Below are positions 47,481-56,922 of a DNA stretch of 64,000 nt, piece after piece (position 1 is the first letter of the stretch; each line of letters starts with the position of its first letter). Source of the DNA: Candidatus Anstonellales archaeon (GTDB lineage: Archaea; Micrarchaeota; Micrarchaeia; Anstonellales; J096); contig JAWAFI010000001.1 in NCBI GenBank assembly GCA_038890615.1, forward strand, positions 162,611 to 226,610. The letters run 5' to 3'. A program made the translations under genes and the position numbers. The notes under the pieces were generated by a model. The model was given only the letters and a program-made list of their open reading frames with translations. It was not told the DNA's origin and ran no database searches.

Positions 47481-48725
47481 TCATTTCTTTGGGATGTAGT
47501 GCTTAGACTTCTCCTTACTCTCCTCCTTCGCCCCGCATAGCAGGTCAACAAAGAGAGATGGATGGACTACTGCATTTATAGTGTAAACCTTTACTTCAGG
47601 CCCTAATAAAGAAGCGTCTGTCTCTTTGCGGTATTCTTTTGTTAGTTTTCCCTCTAGCTCTCTCTCCTTAACCAGCCCAGGCGTCATGGTTGTATAGTCC
47701 ACGCCGTCAAAAGGTCCCCTGCTTCCTCTTTTGTAATCGCCAAAAAACCTAACCTCCTCTGCCTTATTGTCTAGAATTATATTGTACATTATTATGGGGT
47801 TGAAAGTAATGTTAGCTTGCGATTCAGCATCCTCCTTAGCAGAGGGAAAGAACTGGGTGCCATAGACAATTCTCAGAACTGGCTCTCCTTTCTCAGTAGC
47901 AGTAAAGTATACGTACATGTTGTCCACAGTATTATTGCTAAGCTGCAGCTCGCTCCTTGCTGCCACCTGCCTTAGCGGCAGTGCGTTAGGGGAAAACATG
48001 GAAGTAAAAAATCTCCCTGTAGCTCCAGCAGGTATAGTCATCTCAACTAGCCTGTTTGTATGTTGGGTCAGAAGAGCCTCTTCCATAAGCTTCATTAACT
48101 CCCTCCCAGCTAATTTTAGGTATCTTAAGCCACTCTCATTTTGAATTGCTTCTATGCCACTGCGCTTCTCTGAAGAACCGTATAGCAAATCCACTGTAAA
48201 TTCAAGCAGCCTTGCTGCCTCAGGATTGGCTTTGTAGAAACCTATAGTGTCCTTTATAATCCTTTCAAATATTTTCTCATTTTTGCCTGCAGTAAGGGAG
48301 AAACTGACATCACTCGCCTTAAGCTCCTTAGGCTTTAGGCTTGCACACACCGTAAGGATCCTTTCAGGATCCTCAAAACGCCTAATGGTAAGTGTTGACT
48401 CTGTGTTATACTCAAAAAGGTAGAGGCCTGGCTCAAGGCGGGCTTTTTTGTATTTGGTAACCTGGCTGCCTTCAGTTGCCACATTCTCCTTCCCAACAAT
48501 TATTTCCATGGGCTCTTTTACATAGAGCACAGAACCATAAACCTTCTTTGAAACCGGCTTCTTTTCCACTCTAGGCAGGCCTCCATATTCCATAAATTTT
48601 CTTACGTCTTCTGAAATGTTACCCCCGAATTTAAAATCTGCAGTCTTCCTTACTATCTCGTCATAAGGCCTTAACTCCTTAGGTACTTCGTTTTCTTTAT
48701 CAGCTTTTTTGCCTTCTAGCTTCAT
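47481..48725 (-). CDS. Hypothetical protein (414 aa) whose stop codon abuts the last CRISPR repeat
   Basis: GGTGA SD and TATA-like upstream; no RuvC or Zn-finger motifs seen. Confidence 0.8.
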   Translation of the reverse strand: MKLEGKKADKENEVPKELRPYDEIVRKTADFKFGGNISEDVRKFMEYGGLPRVEKKPVSKKVYGSVLYVKEPMEIIVGKENVATEGSQVTKYKKARLEPGLYLFEYNTESTLTIRRFEDPERILTVCASLKPKELKASDVSFSLTAGKNEKIFERIIKDTIGFYKANPEAARLLEFTVDLLYGSSEKRSGIEAIQNESGLRYLKLAGRELMKLMEEALLTQHTNRLVEMTIPAGATGRFFTSMFSPNALPLRQVAARSELQLSNNTVDNMYVYFTATEKGEPVLRIVYGTQFFPSAKEDAESQANITFNPIIMYNIILDNKAEEVRFFGDYKRGSRGPFDGVDYTTMTPGLVKERELEGKLTKEYRKETDASLLGPEVKVYTINAVVHPSLFVDLLCGAKEESKEKSKHYIPKK

Positions 48726-48783
48726 TGTCTCACCTATATTTATCTTTTTTCACACTTTTTAAAAAACTTCCCCAAAAAGAGCA

Positions 48784-48855
48784 TGGACTCTGGGGGAGTC
48801 GCACCCCCGGCCTCTCGCATGCCAAGCGAGCGCTCTGCTGCTGAGCTAAGAGCCC
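48784..48855 (-). tRNA. tRNA-Ala(GGC)
   Basis: GGGCTCT...AGAGTCC-A with G3:U70; CTCGC-TTGGCAT-GCGAG; atypical T-loop TGCGACT. Confidence 0.93.
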
Positions 48856-48906
48856 TTTTTATTTTTAAGGGATATACTTATAAAGAATCTTTTATAAACC
48901 TATTTC

Positions 48907-49470
48907 ATGCTCTTGAGCAGAAGCGAGATACTTGAGGAGATGGCAAAGGGCGAAATAAAGATAGAGCCTTTTGAGCCTGGGCTTGTCGGGCCTGATGCAA
49001 TTGACTTGAGGCTTGGAAAAAAGTTCATGGAGCTTAGGAAAGCAGATAAGCCCATTGATGCAACACGCATACCAAAAGACATATACACAGAGCCTATAGA
49101 AGCCCCAGAAGGTTATGTGCTCAAGCCGAATACGCTTGTGCTTGGCACAACCTTAGAGGCAGTTTCGCTTTCAAACAGCATATCTGCGCAGCTGGAAGGA
49201 AGGTCATCTTTAGGGAGGGCAGGGATATTGGTGCACATGACTGCAGGAATAGTCCATGCAGGGTTTGGCAAAAAGGAGCCAAGCACTCTCACTTTGGAGA
49301 TATACTCTGTAAACCCAAACCCTGTTGTTGTGAAGCCTGGCATGAGGATAGCCCAGCTAAGCTTCATGAGGCTGGGGAAGGAGGCAGAGAAGGGCTATGA
49401 TGAGATAGCAGGAAGCAAGTACATAGCCCAAAAAGGGCCTTTGCCCCCGGGTGAGGACAGTGGACTTTGA
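48907..49470 (+). CDS. dcd: dCTP deaminase
   Basis: DLRLG, GRSSLGR.G..VH.TAG, LEI, RIAQL. Confidence 0.94.
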   Translation: MLLSRSEILEEMAKGEIKIEPFEPGLVGPDAIDLRLGKKFMELRKADKPIDATRIPKDIYTEPIEAPEGYVLKPNTLVLGTTLEAVSLSNSISAQLEGRSSLGRAGILVHMTAGIVHAGFGKKEPSTLTLEIYSVNPNPVVVKPGMRIAQLSFMRLGKEAEKGYDEIAGSKYIAQKGPLPPGEDSGL

Positions 49471-50044
49471 GGCATTCAAGCGAAAGGAAGAGGAAAAGCC
49501 GCCTGCCTTGAAAAGGAAGCTTCCTGAAATGGTTCCTGACATAGAGCACATAGAGATAAAAAGGCTTTCTGTTGCTGATGTGGAGGAAGCAACGCTTGTG
49601 CTTAGGAAATGCACTGTGGAAACCAATGAAGATGAGGTTAGAGGGATAATAAAGGAAGGCCTAAGCTATGGCGCTTATGTTGACAGGATGCTTGTTGGGG
49701 TTGGGCTGGCTTGGGTTGCATCATACGACCCTAAGAAAAAGGCGCTGAGAGGAGACCATAGGAATGCAGCTTATGTAGAGGAGGTTGTAGTGTTGCTCCA
49801 GTATGAAGGCAAAGGCATAAGGAACAAGATCCTCCAAGCAATAGAGAATGAAGCGCAGGCAAAGGGGCTCAGCTACACTGTTGCCCTAATAACCCCAGGG
49901 GTCCCTGAAAGCAGCGAGAGCAGCGTAACCCACTATGGGACAAAAACAGAGAAGGTGCTTGTGCAGAGGGGCTATGAGTTGAACAAAACACCAGAAGGGA
50001 TCCTTGCTGTCAAGGATGTAACTTACTCAAAAGAAATAAAATAA
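49451..50044 (+). CDS. GNAT family N-acetyltransferase
   Basis: YEGKGIRNKIL acetyl-CoA motif; preceding YVEEVVV strand. Confidence 0.8.
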   Translation: MRTVDFEAFKRKEEEKPPALKRKLPEMVPDIEHIEIKRLSVADVEEATLVLRKCTVETNEDEVRGIIKEGLSYGAYVDRMLVGVGLAWVASYDPKKKALRGDHRNAAYVEEVVVLLQYEGKGIRNKILQAIENEAQAKGLSYTVALITPGVPESSESSVTHYGTKTEKVLVQRGYELNKTPEGILAVKDVTYSKEIK

Positions 50045-51485
50045 GCAAAAGAAGCCAAGCAGCAATGAAAGCCCCGAAGGCAGCAACCAATAAAATTAAA
50101 CCATTATTCTCTTCTTTATTTTCTTCTTTAAGAGGGATGCCTTGGAACAGCTTTTCAGCGCTGTTTGCGTTCTCAAGCCAAAGAATGGCATCCTCTTTGT
50201 TCCCATTGGCCAATGCGTAGGCAGAATAAGAGTAATAAAGCTTTCCTATCTTGCTTTGGAAGCTGCCATTGCTTAAATTGCCTGTTGCATTTGATTTGGC
50301 ATAGGCAAGCTCATAGTATGCAGAAACATTGTGGCCGTCCTCAAGAAGCTTGGATATTACAGCAGAATAAAAAGGATCATCAATGCCAGAGGTGTCAACC
50401 TCAACTGCTGATTCATCAACCTCAGCCCCTTCGCCTCTTGAAACCAGCTTCTTTGCAGCAAGGCACCACATATATGCATTCCCCATCCTAACCCTCTCCC
50501 CTATCCTATCCTCCTCATTCAGAGGAAGCTCATCAAGCGCTTCCTTTGCCCTGTAAAGCCGCACAATAGCAAAGGCATTCCCCTCAAAATTGCTTTCTGT
50601 AAGTGGATATACCTGCACAGAGGATATGCATCCCTCTATCTCTGCCTTTATCTCCTCCCTGCTTCTGTTAAGGTTCTTTATTGCATAGAGCGTTGAAGCC
50701 CCTGAAAACGCCTCGTTGGCAGCAGGCAGCACGTAGCCCCTTGAAAGCAGCTCCTCCTGCCTCTTTATCTCTTCCTTGTAGTAATCGCGGAGCTCAGCGC
50801 TTGACAGCCCGTCAGCAAGCAGCTCCTCCTGCGCCATAAGCATGCGGGCAACAGAGGAGAACTCGTTTTCCTCGTAAGGAATGGGTTCGTAATCAGTTGA
50901 AAGAAAAGGCAATGTTTTGTTTGGGGTTGTATTGTTAATTACTATATCAACCAGCTCTGTAAAATCCTTGGCTTCTGTGAAGTCTATGCCAAGCTCCATA
51001 AGGGCAGCCCTCTCTCCGTTTGAAAGGCCTCCTGCAATGAACGGAAGCCCTGCATCATTTGCTGCTTTGGCTTTCTCAAAAATGCCCCCCACTGCGCCTA
51101 TTGAGGAATCATTCCTTATTGTGCCTGTTATTACATAATTTTTTGGCAAGGGAGTGTCTGAAAGGGCGCTGTAGAATGCGAGCGCAAAAGCAGCGCCTGC
51201 TGAAGGGCCATCAACAGTGCCCATTGTCTGCACGTATACCTTCACCCTGCAAGAGTTGCCGGCCTTCATTAAGGCGATTGCGTATGCTGACTGGATGGAC
51301 CTCTGTACTGTTTCCCCGAAAACAGGGTCAATCTTTAGAAGTATCTCAGGGGCCCCTGGCTCTGCCTCAACCCTTATGCGTATTAGCTCGCCCTTCCCTC
51401 CTGTGACAGAAGGGGCTATAACCTCTGCATCAGAGCAGGAGTAGAGCGTGCCAACAAAGAGCAAAAGGATCAGGAGCCCTCTCAT
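50010..51485 (-). CDS. Archaeal S16 (Lon-like) serine protease, surface-anchored
   Basis: VDGPSAGAA, TGTI..D.SIGAVGGIFEKAKAA; signal peptide and C-terminal TM. Confidence 0.92.
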   Translation of the reverse strand: MRGLLILLLFVGTLYSCSDAEVIAPSVTGGKGELIRIRVEAEPGAPEILLKIDPVFGETVQRSIQSAYAIALMKAGNSCRVKVYVQTMGTVDGPSAGAAFALAFYSALSDTPLPKNYVITGTIRNDSSIGAVGGIFEKAKAANDAGLPFIAGGLSNGERAALMELGIDFTEAKDFTELVDIVINNTTPNKTLPFLSTDYEPIPYEENEFSSVARMLMAQEELLADGLSSAELRDYYKEEIKRQEELLSRGYVLPAANEAFSGASTLYAIKNLNRSREEIKAEIEGCISSVQVYPLTESNFEGNAFAIVRLYRAKEALDELPLNEEDRIGERVRMGNAYMWCLAAKKLVSRGEGAEVDESAVEVDTSGIDDPFYSAVISKLLEDGHNVSAYYELAYAKSNATGNLSNGSFQSKIGKLYYSYSAYALANGNKEDAILWLENANSAEKLFQGIPLKEENKEENNGLILLVAAFGAFIAAWLLLLILFLLSKLHP

Positions 51486-52288
51486 CTTTGAATTACCCCG
51501 TATGCGAGCGAAAGCCCGAGCAGGATGGATGCTGCGACTGTTATCCCAACGCCGCTGGGCATGTCAATGAAAAACGATAGGGCAATGCCAGCAATGAAAG
51601 AGAGGAATGAAATTGCTATGGAAAGGGCAATGCTCCAGTTTAGGCCTTTCCTAAGCTGCATTGCAGCAACAGGGGGCAGCATTACAAGTGCAGAAACAAG
51701 TATTATGCCTGCTGCCTTGAGCGCTGAAACTATGCCAAGAGCAAACACCAAAAGCATAAGTGCATCAAGCCTCTCAGGGCTTATTCCTTCTGTTTTTGCT
51801 ATCTCAGGGTTAACTGCAACAAGCATCATCTCCTTCTTTTTTGAGAAAAAGAAGAGGGCCACCAGCGCAGCGCAGGCATAGGCAAAGAGCACATCCCAAA
51901 AAGAGAGCGTAAAGAGCGAGCCGAAAAGGTATGAGATGATGTCCACGCCTGTTGCTCCTGCAATTATTAGAAGCATAATCCCTGCTGAAAGCCCTGTAGG
52001 GAAAAGTATGCCTGCAGCGCTGTCTTCGCTCACCCCAAGAAGCCTCCTCAAATAAGGGAGCATTGACGCGCCAAATGCCCCTGCTATTAGGGCTCCTATT
52101 GTGTAGGGTATGCTAAGCAGGAGGGAGAGCGCAATCCCAGCTATGCTTATGTGGGCTATTGCATCAACAACAAACGCCATCCTGCGCATTACAACAAAAA
52201 CCCCGAGTATGCCAAGCGTAATCGCTATTGGAATAGAGACAAGAAGTGCGCGCTGCACGAACCCATAAGCAAGGATGCTAAAATCCAT
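51482..52288 (-). CDS. znuB: Zn/Mn ABC transporter permease
   Basis: RRMAF..DAIAH, YLFGS, GIILVSAL. Confidence 0.93.
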   Translation of the reverse strand: MDFSILAYGFVQRALLVSIPIAITLGILGVFVVMRRMAFVVDAIAHISIAGIALSLLLSIPYTIGALIAGAFGASMLPYLRRLLGVSEDSAAGILFPTGLSAGIMLLIIAGATGVDIISYLFGSLFTLSFWDVLFAYACAALVALFFFSKKKEMMLVAVNPEIAKTEGISPERLDALMLLVFALGIVSALKAAGIILVSALVMLPPVAAMQLRKGLNWSIALSIAISFLSFIAGIALSFFIDMPSGVGITVAASILLGLSLAYGVIQR

Positions 52289-52949
52289 GGCTGTGCGCCA
52301 CCCCCATGAAATTCTTTGAGTAAAGCCTTTTCAGGCCTGCCATGGTCATCTTTTGCGGGCTGCCGCAAAATAGCACTGAATGGTTGAGGCAAACCATTCT
52401 GTCCACTAAAGAAGAGATGAATGAAAGGTCGTGCGAAACAAGCACAACGCTGCCCCTGCCTCTCACTTCCTTTATCATGCGGTGCATCCTTTCCTCTTGC
52501 TCTGCATCTGTGCCTGCAGTCGGCTCATCAAGAAGAAGCAATTCTGGCTTCTTTGAATAGGCATAGGAGAAGAGAACCCTTTGGAGCTGGCCGCCTGAGA
52601 GCTGGGAAAGGAGCTTGCCCTCTAGCCCAGGAGGGGGCTTTACCCCTCTTGCTCCTAAGAAATCATCAACAGTGACCATTGTTGTCTTTTCTATGCTTAC
52701 CCTCTGCGGCATGTATGCAACCTTATCCCATGAGGAGAATTCTTGCTTCGGCCTGCCAAAAAGCTCAACTTGGCCAGAATGGTCGTTTATTAGGCCCAAT
52801 GCTATCTTGAGTAGCGTGGTCTTTCCTGCGCCGTTTGGCCCTATTATTCCAACTACTTCGCCCCTTCTTACCTTAAGTGAAATGCCCTTAAGCACCTCTA
52901 AGCCTGAAGGCGCATATGAAACATCCTTAAACTCAAGTATTGTGCTCAT
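52278..52949 (-). CDS. znuC: Zn/Mn ABC transporter ATPase
   Basis: GPNGAGKTT, LSGGQLQR, LLLLDEPT, VSHD. Confidence 0.95.
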   Translation of the reverse strand: MSTILEFKDVSYAPSGLEVLKGISLKVRRGEVVGIIGPNGAGKTTLLKIALGLINDHSGQVELFGRPKQEFSSWDKVAYMPQRVSIEKTTMVTVDDFLGARGVKPPPGLEGKLLSQLSGGQLQRVLFSYAYSKKPELLLLDEPTAGTDAEQEERMHRMIKEVRGRGSVVLVSHDLSFISSLVDRMVCLNHSVLFCGSPQKMTMAGLKRLYSKNFMGVAHSHGF

Positions 52950-53749
52950 CCGCTCAGCTTGTCTATGTTGGAGCGCATTATATAAAAGTAATCCCTCCCT
53001 TCCCTGCGGTCATCATCGCTTACCCATGCAAGGGTGTCTAGCACCACTAGCCTAGCGCCCATCTCTTCTGCTATTGCCTGTGCTTCGGATGGGTCCCTGT
53101 ACCTTTCAACAATGAATATGGTTATGCTCTCCTCTTTTGCGAGCTTAACGAGCTCCAAAATCCTGGACCCGCTCACCTCCTCCCCCTCCACCCTTTCAAT
53201 AGGTATTATTGAAATCCCATATCGCTCCCCAAACCTTGAGAAGCCAGGATGCATCTCAAATGCCTTTGCCGGCATCTTTCTCCCTCTTGCGTATTCATCA
53301 AGGAGCTTCAGCTCGTTTATGTAAGATTCTGCATTTGCCTCGTAGATTGCCTCCCCCTCAGGGTCTATTTCTATTAGCGCCTCCTTAACCTTAGCTGCAA
53401 GGGACTGCATAAGCACGGGGTCAAGCCATATGTGGGGGTTGCCTCCACCTGCATAATCATACATCCTGAGCTTTTTCCTTGCATCAACCCCAGTTGCCCA
53501 TTCATCAATCTCGCCGTTGTAGATGAGAAGCTGCGATCCTTGCGCCTCAAAAAGCTTGGAAGGGCTCGGCTCTGTAATATGCTCGCTTGAGCCCTCTGGC
53601 AACAGGTAAACAACCTGCACCCTCCCCCCTCCTATGCGCTCAGCCATGTGGCCATAGGCATAAAGTGTCACTGCAACCTTCGGCTTGCCTGCCTCAATGC
53701 AGCCAAGCAGGAGCAGCGCAGCCAGAGGAAGCGCTAGCAATTTTTTCAT
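52946..53749 (-). CDS. znuA: Zn/Mn ABC transporter substrate-binding lipoprotein
   Basis: Lipobox LLLGC; H..EP, NPHIWLDP; start moved to ATG 53749. Confidence 0.93.
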   Translation of the reverse strand: MKKLLALPLAALLLLGCIEAGKPKVAVTLYAYGHMAERIGGGRVQVVYLLPEGSSEHITEPSPSKLFEAQGSQLLIYNGEIDEWATGVDARKKLRMYDYAGGGNPHIWLDPVLMQSLAAKVKEALIEIDPEGEAIYEANAESYINELKLLDEYARGRKMPAKAFEMHPGFSRFGERYGISIIPIERVEGEEVSGSRILELVKLAKEESITIFIVERYRDPSEAQAIAEEMGARLVVLDTLAWVSDDDRREGRDYFYIMRSNIDKLSG

Positions 53750-53754
53750 AACAC

Positions 53755-53807
53755 CATCAGCAGTTACTCCAGTCATCACTGCTCAGACCGGGGCGGTATC
53801 ATCATCT
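53755..53807 (-). ncRNA. Box C/D sRNA (2'-O-methylation guide)
   Basis: ATGATGA-TACCGCCCCGGT-CTGA-GCA-GTGATGA-CTGGAGTAACTG-CTGA: C, D', C', D boxes with two 12-nt guides. Confidence 0.92.
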
Positions 53808-53841
53808 AGGCATAGTAAGGAAAGCCAATTTAAAAGTGTTG

Positions 53842-54498
53842 CTATTTGTGCTGGTGGTGGGTGTCAAGCGAAGAGCCGCACTGTGGGCATCTGAATGAGA
53901 TGTCCATTGCCTCCTCAAAAGAATACCTGCCTGAGGAGCATTTGCTGCAGCTATAGAATTCACCTTCCTGCACAACGCCCTCCTTCTGCTCAGCCCATTC
54001 CTTTATCTTTTCAGCGTTCATTACCCAAGTGTAGTGGTACCAGCCGCTATCAGCATCCCTAACCTTCTTGTAGCTTACTAAACCTATCCCATGAAGCTTG
54101 TTAAGGGTCGCTCTTATGTCTGCAACCTTAGCAGATGCCTTTGAGGCAAGCTCCTCATCTGTTGAGCCATTCCTAAAGGATTTTAGCACAGGGATGGCGT
54201 TTTCACCAGCAGTGTCAACAAGCCTTTTCCTCAGCTCAGGGCTTACAAGGTATTTCTCTAGTATCTCCTTCCTCTGCTGCTCTTGGATGTCTATCCTCTT
54301 TTCCTTGGCCTTCCTGCTTATTTTTATGCCCTTCATTCTGGCCTTCGCTGCGCTGAACTTCCCTTTGGCTGGCTTAACCTTCATCTTCGCCTTAAATTTA
54401 GGCTTGATTCTTTCCTTTGCTTTTGCCTTGCTCATTTTTTGTTTTTTCTTGCCGGCATGCTTAATGATTTTCCTTGCTTTCTTTGGCTTGCTTTCCAT
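53842..54498 (-). CDS. tfe: Transcription initiation factor E alpha with long Lys-rich N-terminal extension
   Basis: TDEELA...IR..LNKL...GLV.Y...RD..SGWY.Y.W; Zn ribbon C..C...F.CP.CG; start set at ATG 54498. Confidence 0.92.
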   Translation of the reverse strand: MESKPKKARKIIKHAGKKKQKMSKAKAKERIKPKFKAKMKVKPAKGKFSAAKARMKGIKISRKAKEKRIDIQEQQRKEILEKYLVSPELRKRLVDTAGENAIPVLKSFRNGSTDEELASKASAKVADIRATLNKLHGIGLVSYKKVRDADSGWYHYTWVMNAEKIKEWAEQKEGVVQEGEFYSCSKCSSGRYSFEEAMDISFRCPQCGSSLDTHHQHK

Positions 54499-54554
54499 GG
54501 AATAATAGGCGCGCCCGGACTTTAAAAAGATTTCTTTGAGCAAACAAGGAACAT

Positions 54555-55043
54555 ATGGGCTTCTTTAAGAAGGCCTTTGAAAAAGGCATGGAAAGAGGGA
54601 AATGGGGGGAAAGAAGCAATAAAGAGAGTTCTGGCTGGAATGGAGAAAGGCATTTGGGACGAGAGGCGCTTGCAACCAACACATCAATGAATTGCATTAG
54701 AGGAAGATGGGTAGATAAGGGAAGGTTTTTTGAAAGCATAAAAAGCAGAATGAAAGAGAAGGTTTTGAAGCTTATTGCAGCCATAAAAAACAAAGATGAG
54801 AAGATGGTTATGGTGGCTGCAGCCTTGGGGCTTGAAAATATTATACTCTTTCTCTTTGAGAGAGGGGCTGACATTTATGCCAAGAAATACTGGTATGATA
54901 ATATAGTAGCAATCCTCAATGGAGAAAACAAGGAAGATTTATGGGATGGAGCAGGGGGCTTGAGCGCTCCAGCTATGCTTGCTTCAAAAAAGGAAACTAT
55001 TAAAACCACGAGCCCCAAATGTGCCCATGAAGAATCAGCTTGA
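54555..55043 (+). CDS. Hypothetical protein with a single ankyrin-like unit
   Basis: VAAALGLENIILFLFERGADI. Confidence 0.5.
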   Translation: MGFFKKAFEKGMERGKWGERSNKESSGWNGERHLGREALATNTSMNCIRGRWVDKGRFFESIKSRMKEKVLKLIAAIKNKDEKMVMVAAALGLENIILFLFERGADIYAKKYWYDNIVAILNGENKEDLWDGAGGLSAPAMLASKKETIKTTSPKCAHEESA

Positions 55044-55084
55044 AAGTGCCAAGCTTTACTACTTAACAAAAGAGGATATAAAGA

Positions 55085-55351
55085 ATGGCTACGAAAAGAT
55101 GGCATCCAATGCAAAAAAAATTTTTTGAAGCCCTTAAGGCAGCAACAGGAATAACTGGCTCCCAAAGATATAAGGGGCTGTTAATGCAGGTGGGGGTTGA
55201 AAAGGCGCTTGAAGAATGCTATAAAACATTTGGGAGCAGGTCTGGAAAGGTCATAGAGGCCTATTTTGAGAGCAGGAGCAAAGAAACGTTTTGGGAGTGG
55301 CTCAAAAAGGAAGCAAAGCTGGCTACCCAATACAGGATAATTAACTCCTAA
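55085..55351 (+). CDS. Small hypothetical protein
   Basis: 88-aa ORF with host-like codon usage. Confidence 0.6.
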   Translation: MATKRWHPMQKKFFEALKAATGITGSQRYKGLLMQVGVEKALEECYKTFGSRSGKVIEAYFESRSKETFWEWLKKEAKLATQYRIINS

Positions 55352-56315
55352 GGGTTTCAAGCTCCTTTTTCAGCCTCTCAATTATTTCTACAGGCGTTGG
55401 GTCAATGCCCATTGATATCGCTTTGTAGTAGCCAGCAAGATGGGCCATGTATATTGTGAGCACTATCATCTCAAGCCGGGTGGCGCCTTTCATTTCATAA
55501 GTTATACATTTTATCCTTCCTTCAATCAGCTTCTCAAGTATCCTGAAGCGCTCCTTAACCCTAGGATGGTCGTTGCTGTCCTTAAGGAGAACTGCTGTGA
55601 ACTCAGGCCCTGAGTTTGCCAGCCCAACCACCTCGTTGTGCTGCATCTCAGGTATCTCATTCCAGAATGCTGCCATCTTTGCATTCTCGTTGAATGATAT
55701 CTTCCACACCTTTGCTGCAAATGAATTGCGGTCTGATGCATAAAAAAGGGGGGTTGATGATATGCCTTCTGCGATCTGCCTTGCCTGCTGGTGCAGCCCT
55801 GGGTCTTTCAGCGCCTCTGAGATTGGCTTGGTGTCATCAAGCCTTATTAAGCCTGAGTTTTGAAGTATGTTGAGCATGGGCATGAGCATGTATAGCGTTG
55901 CGTGCCTCGGCATAATCCCCTTTGCTCCTTCTGGCAAAAGGACCTGCGCACTTTTTGCAGAGAGCTCAGCAAGCTTCCCTCCAGAGCAGATGGCAACTGT
56001 TGGAATGCCCCTTTTCACAAGCTCGTTGTAGCAACTTATGGTTTCTTCAGTATTTCCTGAATGGCTTACAGCAAAAGCAAGCGTCTCTTTTGGGAGGTAA
56101 GGGGGGACTTCATACCCCTTTATTATCTCCACAGGAAGCTCGCGCATGTATGCTTTGAGCGCCTCTCCTGCAATTGCGCTCCCCCCCATGCCGCAAACAG
56201 CGATCTTCCTTATCCTCTCAAATCTCATCCCCAAGCCGAGCTTTGAGGCCTCCTCAAGCTGGGATGGGAAGGAATTAAGCACTGAAAGCATGTTGTGCCT
56301 GTCAACGGTTTCCAT
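55341..56315 (-). CDS. Bifunctional phosphoglucose/phosphomannose isomerase
   Basis: GMGGSAI, SHSGNTEET, SGGKL, NENAK, PEMQHNE. Confidence 0.95.
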   Translation of the reverse strand: METVDRHNMLSVLNSFPSQLEEASKLGLGMRFERIRKIAVCGMGGSAIAGEALKAYMRELPVEIIKGYEVPPYLPKETLAFAVSHSGNTEETISCYNELVKRGIPTVAICSGGKLAELSAKSAQVLLPEGAKGIMPRHATLYMLMPMLNILQNSGLIRLDDTKPISEALKDPGLHQQARQIAEGISSTPLFYASDRNSFAAKVWKISFNENAKMAAFWNEIPEMQHNEVVGLANSGPEFTAVLLKDSNDHPRVKERFRILEKLIEGRIKCITYEMKGATRLEMIVLTIYMAHLAGYYKAISMGIDPTPVEIIERLKKELETLRS

Positions 56316-56373
56316 AAAAGCACCAATACTTTAAGGGGCGAAATGTTTAAAATGCCCTTGCACAGCTAGCAGT

Positions 56374-56922
56374 ATGGGCTTTAAGGAAGCTTTTGCGCAT
56401 AAAGGCATCATGGAGCATTCGCTCAGGCCTTTTTTGGGCGAGAATTCAGAGCTTTTTATATACATAGTCATAGCGGCAATGCTGCCTGTTGCTGTTGGAA
56501 ACCAGCTGGTGGTTGGCACTGCTGTGAATGCCCTGCTCATCCTTTCAGCACTGCATTTCAGGGGTTGGAAGCCTCTCCTGCTCATATTCTTCCCTTCTAT
56601 TTTCGCATTCCTTTTTTCATCAATTTTGCTTGGTGAAACGCATTTCCTTGCTTACCTCCTCCCACCAATATGGGTTGGGAATGCAATCATTGTTGTTGCC
56701 TTCAAGGTGTTTGTTGCTGAAAACAAAGGTTACTGGGAAACATTATTGAAGGCCGCTTTGCTGAAGGCAGGGGTGATAGGGGCTAGCGCATTGGCGCTGA
56801 TATGGGCGGGTTTTGTGCCAGCAGCAATGCTTTTGCCTATGAGCGCATTGCAATTTGTCACAGCCATGCTAGGAGGTATAAGCGCCTATGCGCTCCGCTC
56901 AGCGATCCTGGGATGGAAGTAA
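56374..56922 (+). CDS. Membrane protein, ECF S-component-like
   Basis: NQLVVGTAVNALL, P.IW.GN, Q..TA..GG; 5-6 TMs. Confidence 0.7.
   Translation: MGFKEAFAHKGIMEHSLRPFLGENSELFIYIVIAAMLPVAVGNQLVVGTAVNALLILSALHFRGWKPLLLIFFPSIFAFLFSSILLGETHFLAYLLPPIWVGNAIIVVAFKVFVAENKGYWETLLKAALLKAGVIGASALALIWAGFVPAAMLLPMSALQFVTAMLGGISAYALRSAILGWK

Noticed and set aside
47481..48725. 414-aa ORF as a Cas12f/Cas14 or TnpB effector
   Set aside because: No RuvC-I (GxD.G), RuvC-II Glu context, CxxC zinc finger or D.NA motif; only its size and position fit
53750..53779. Upstream start for znuA
   Set aside because: Falls within the C/D sRNA boxes; the signal peptide starts at 53749
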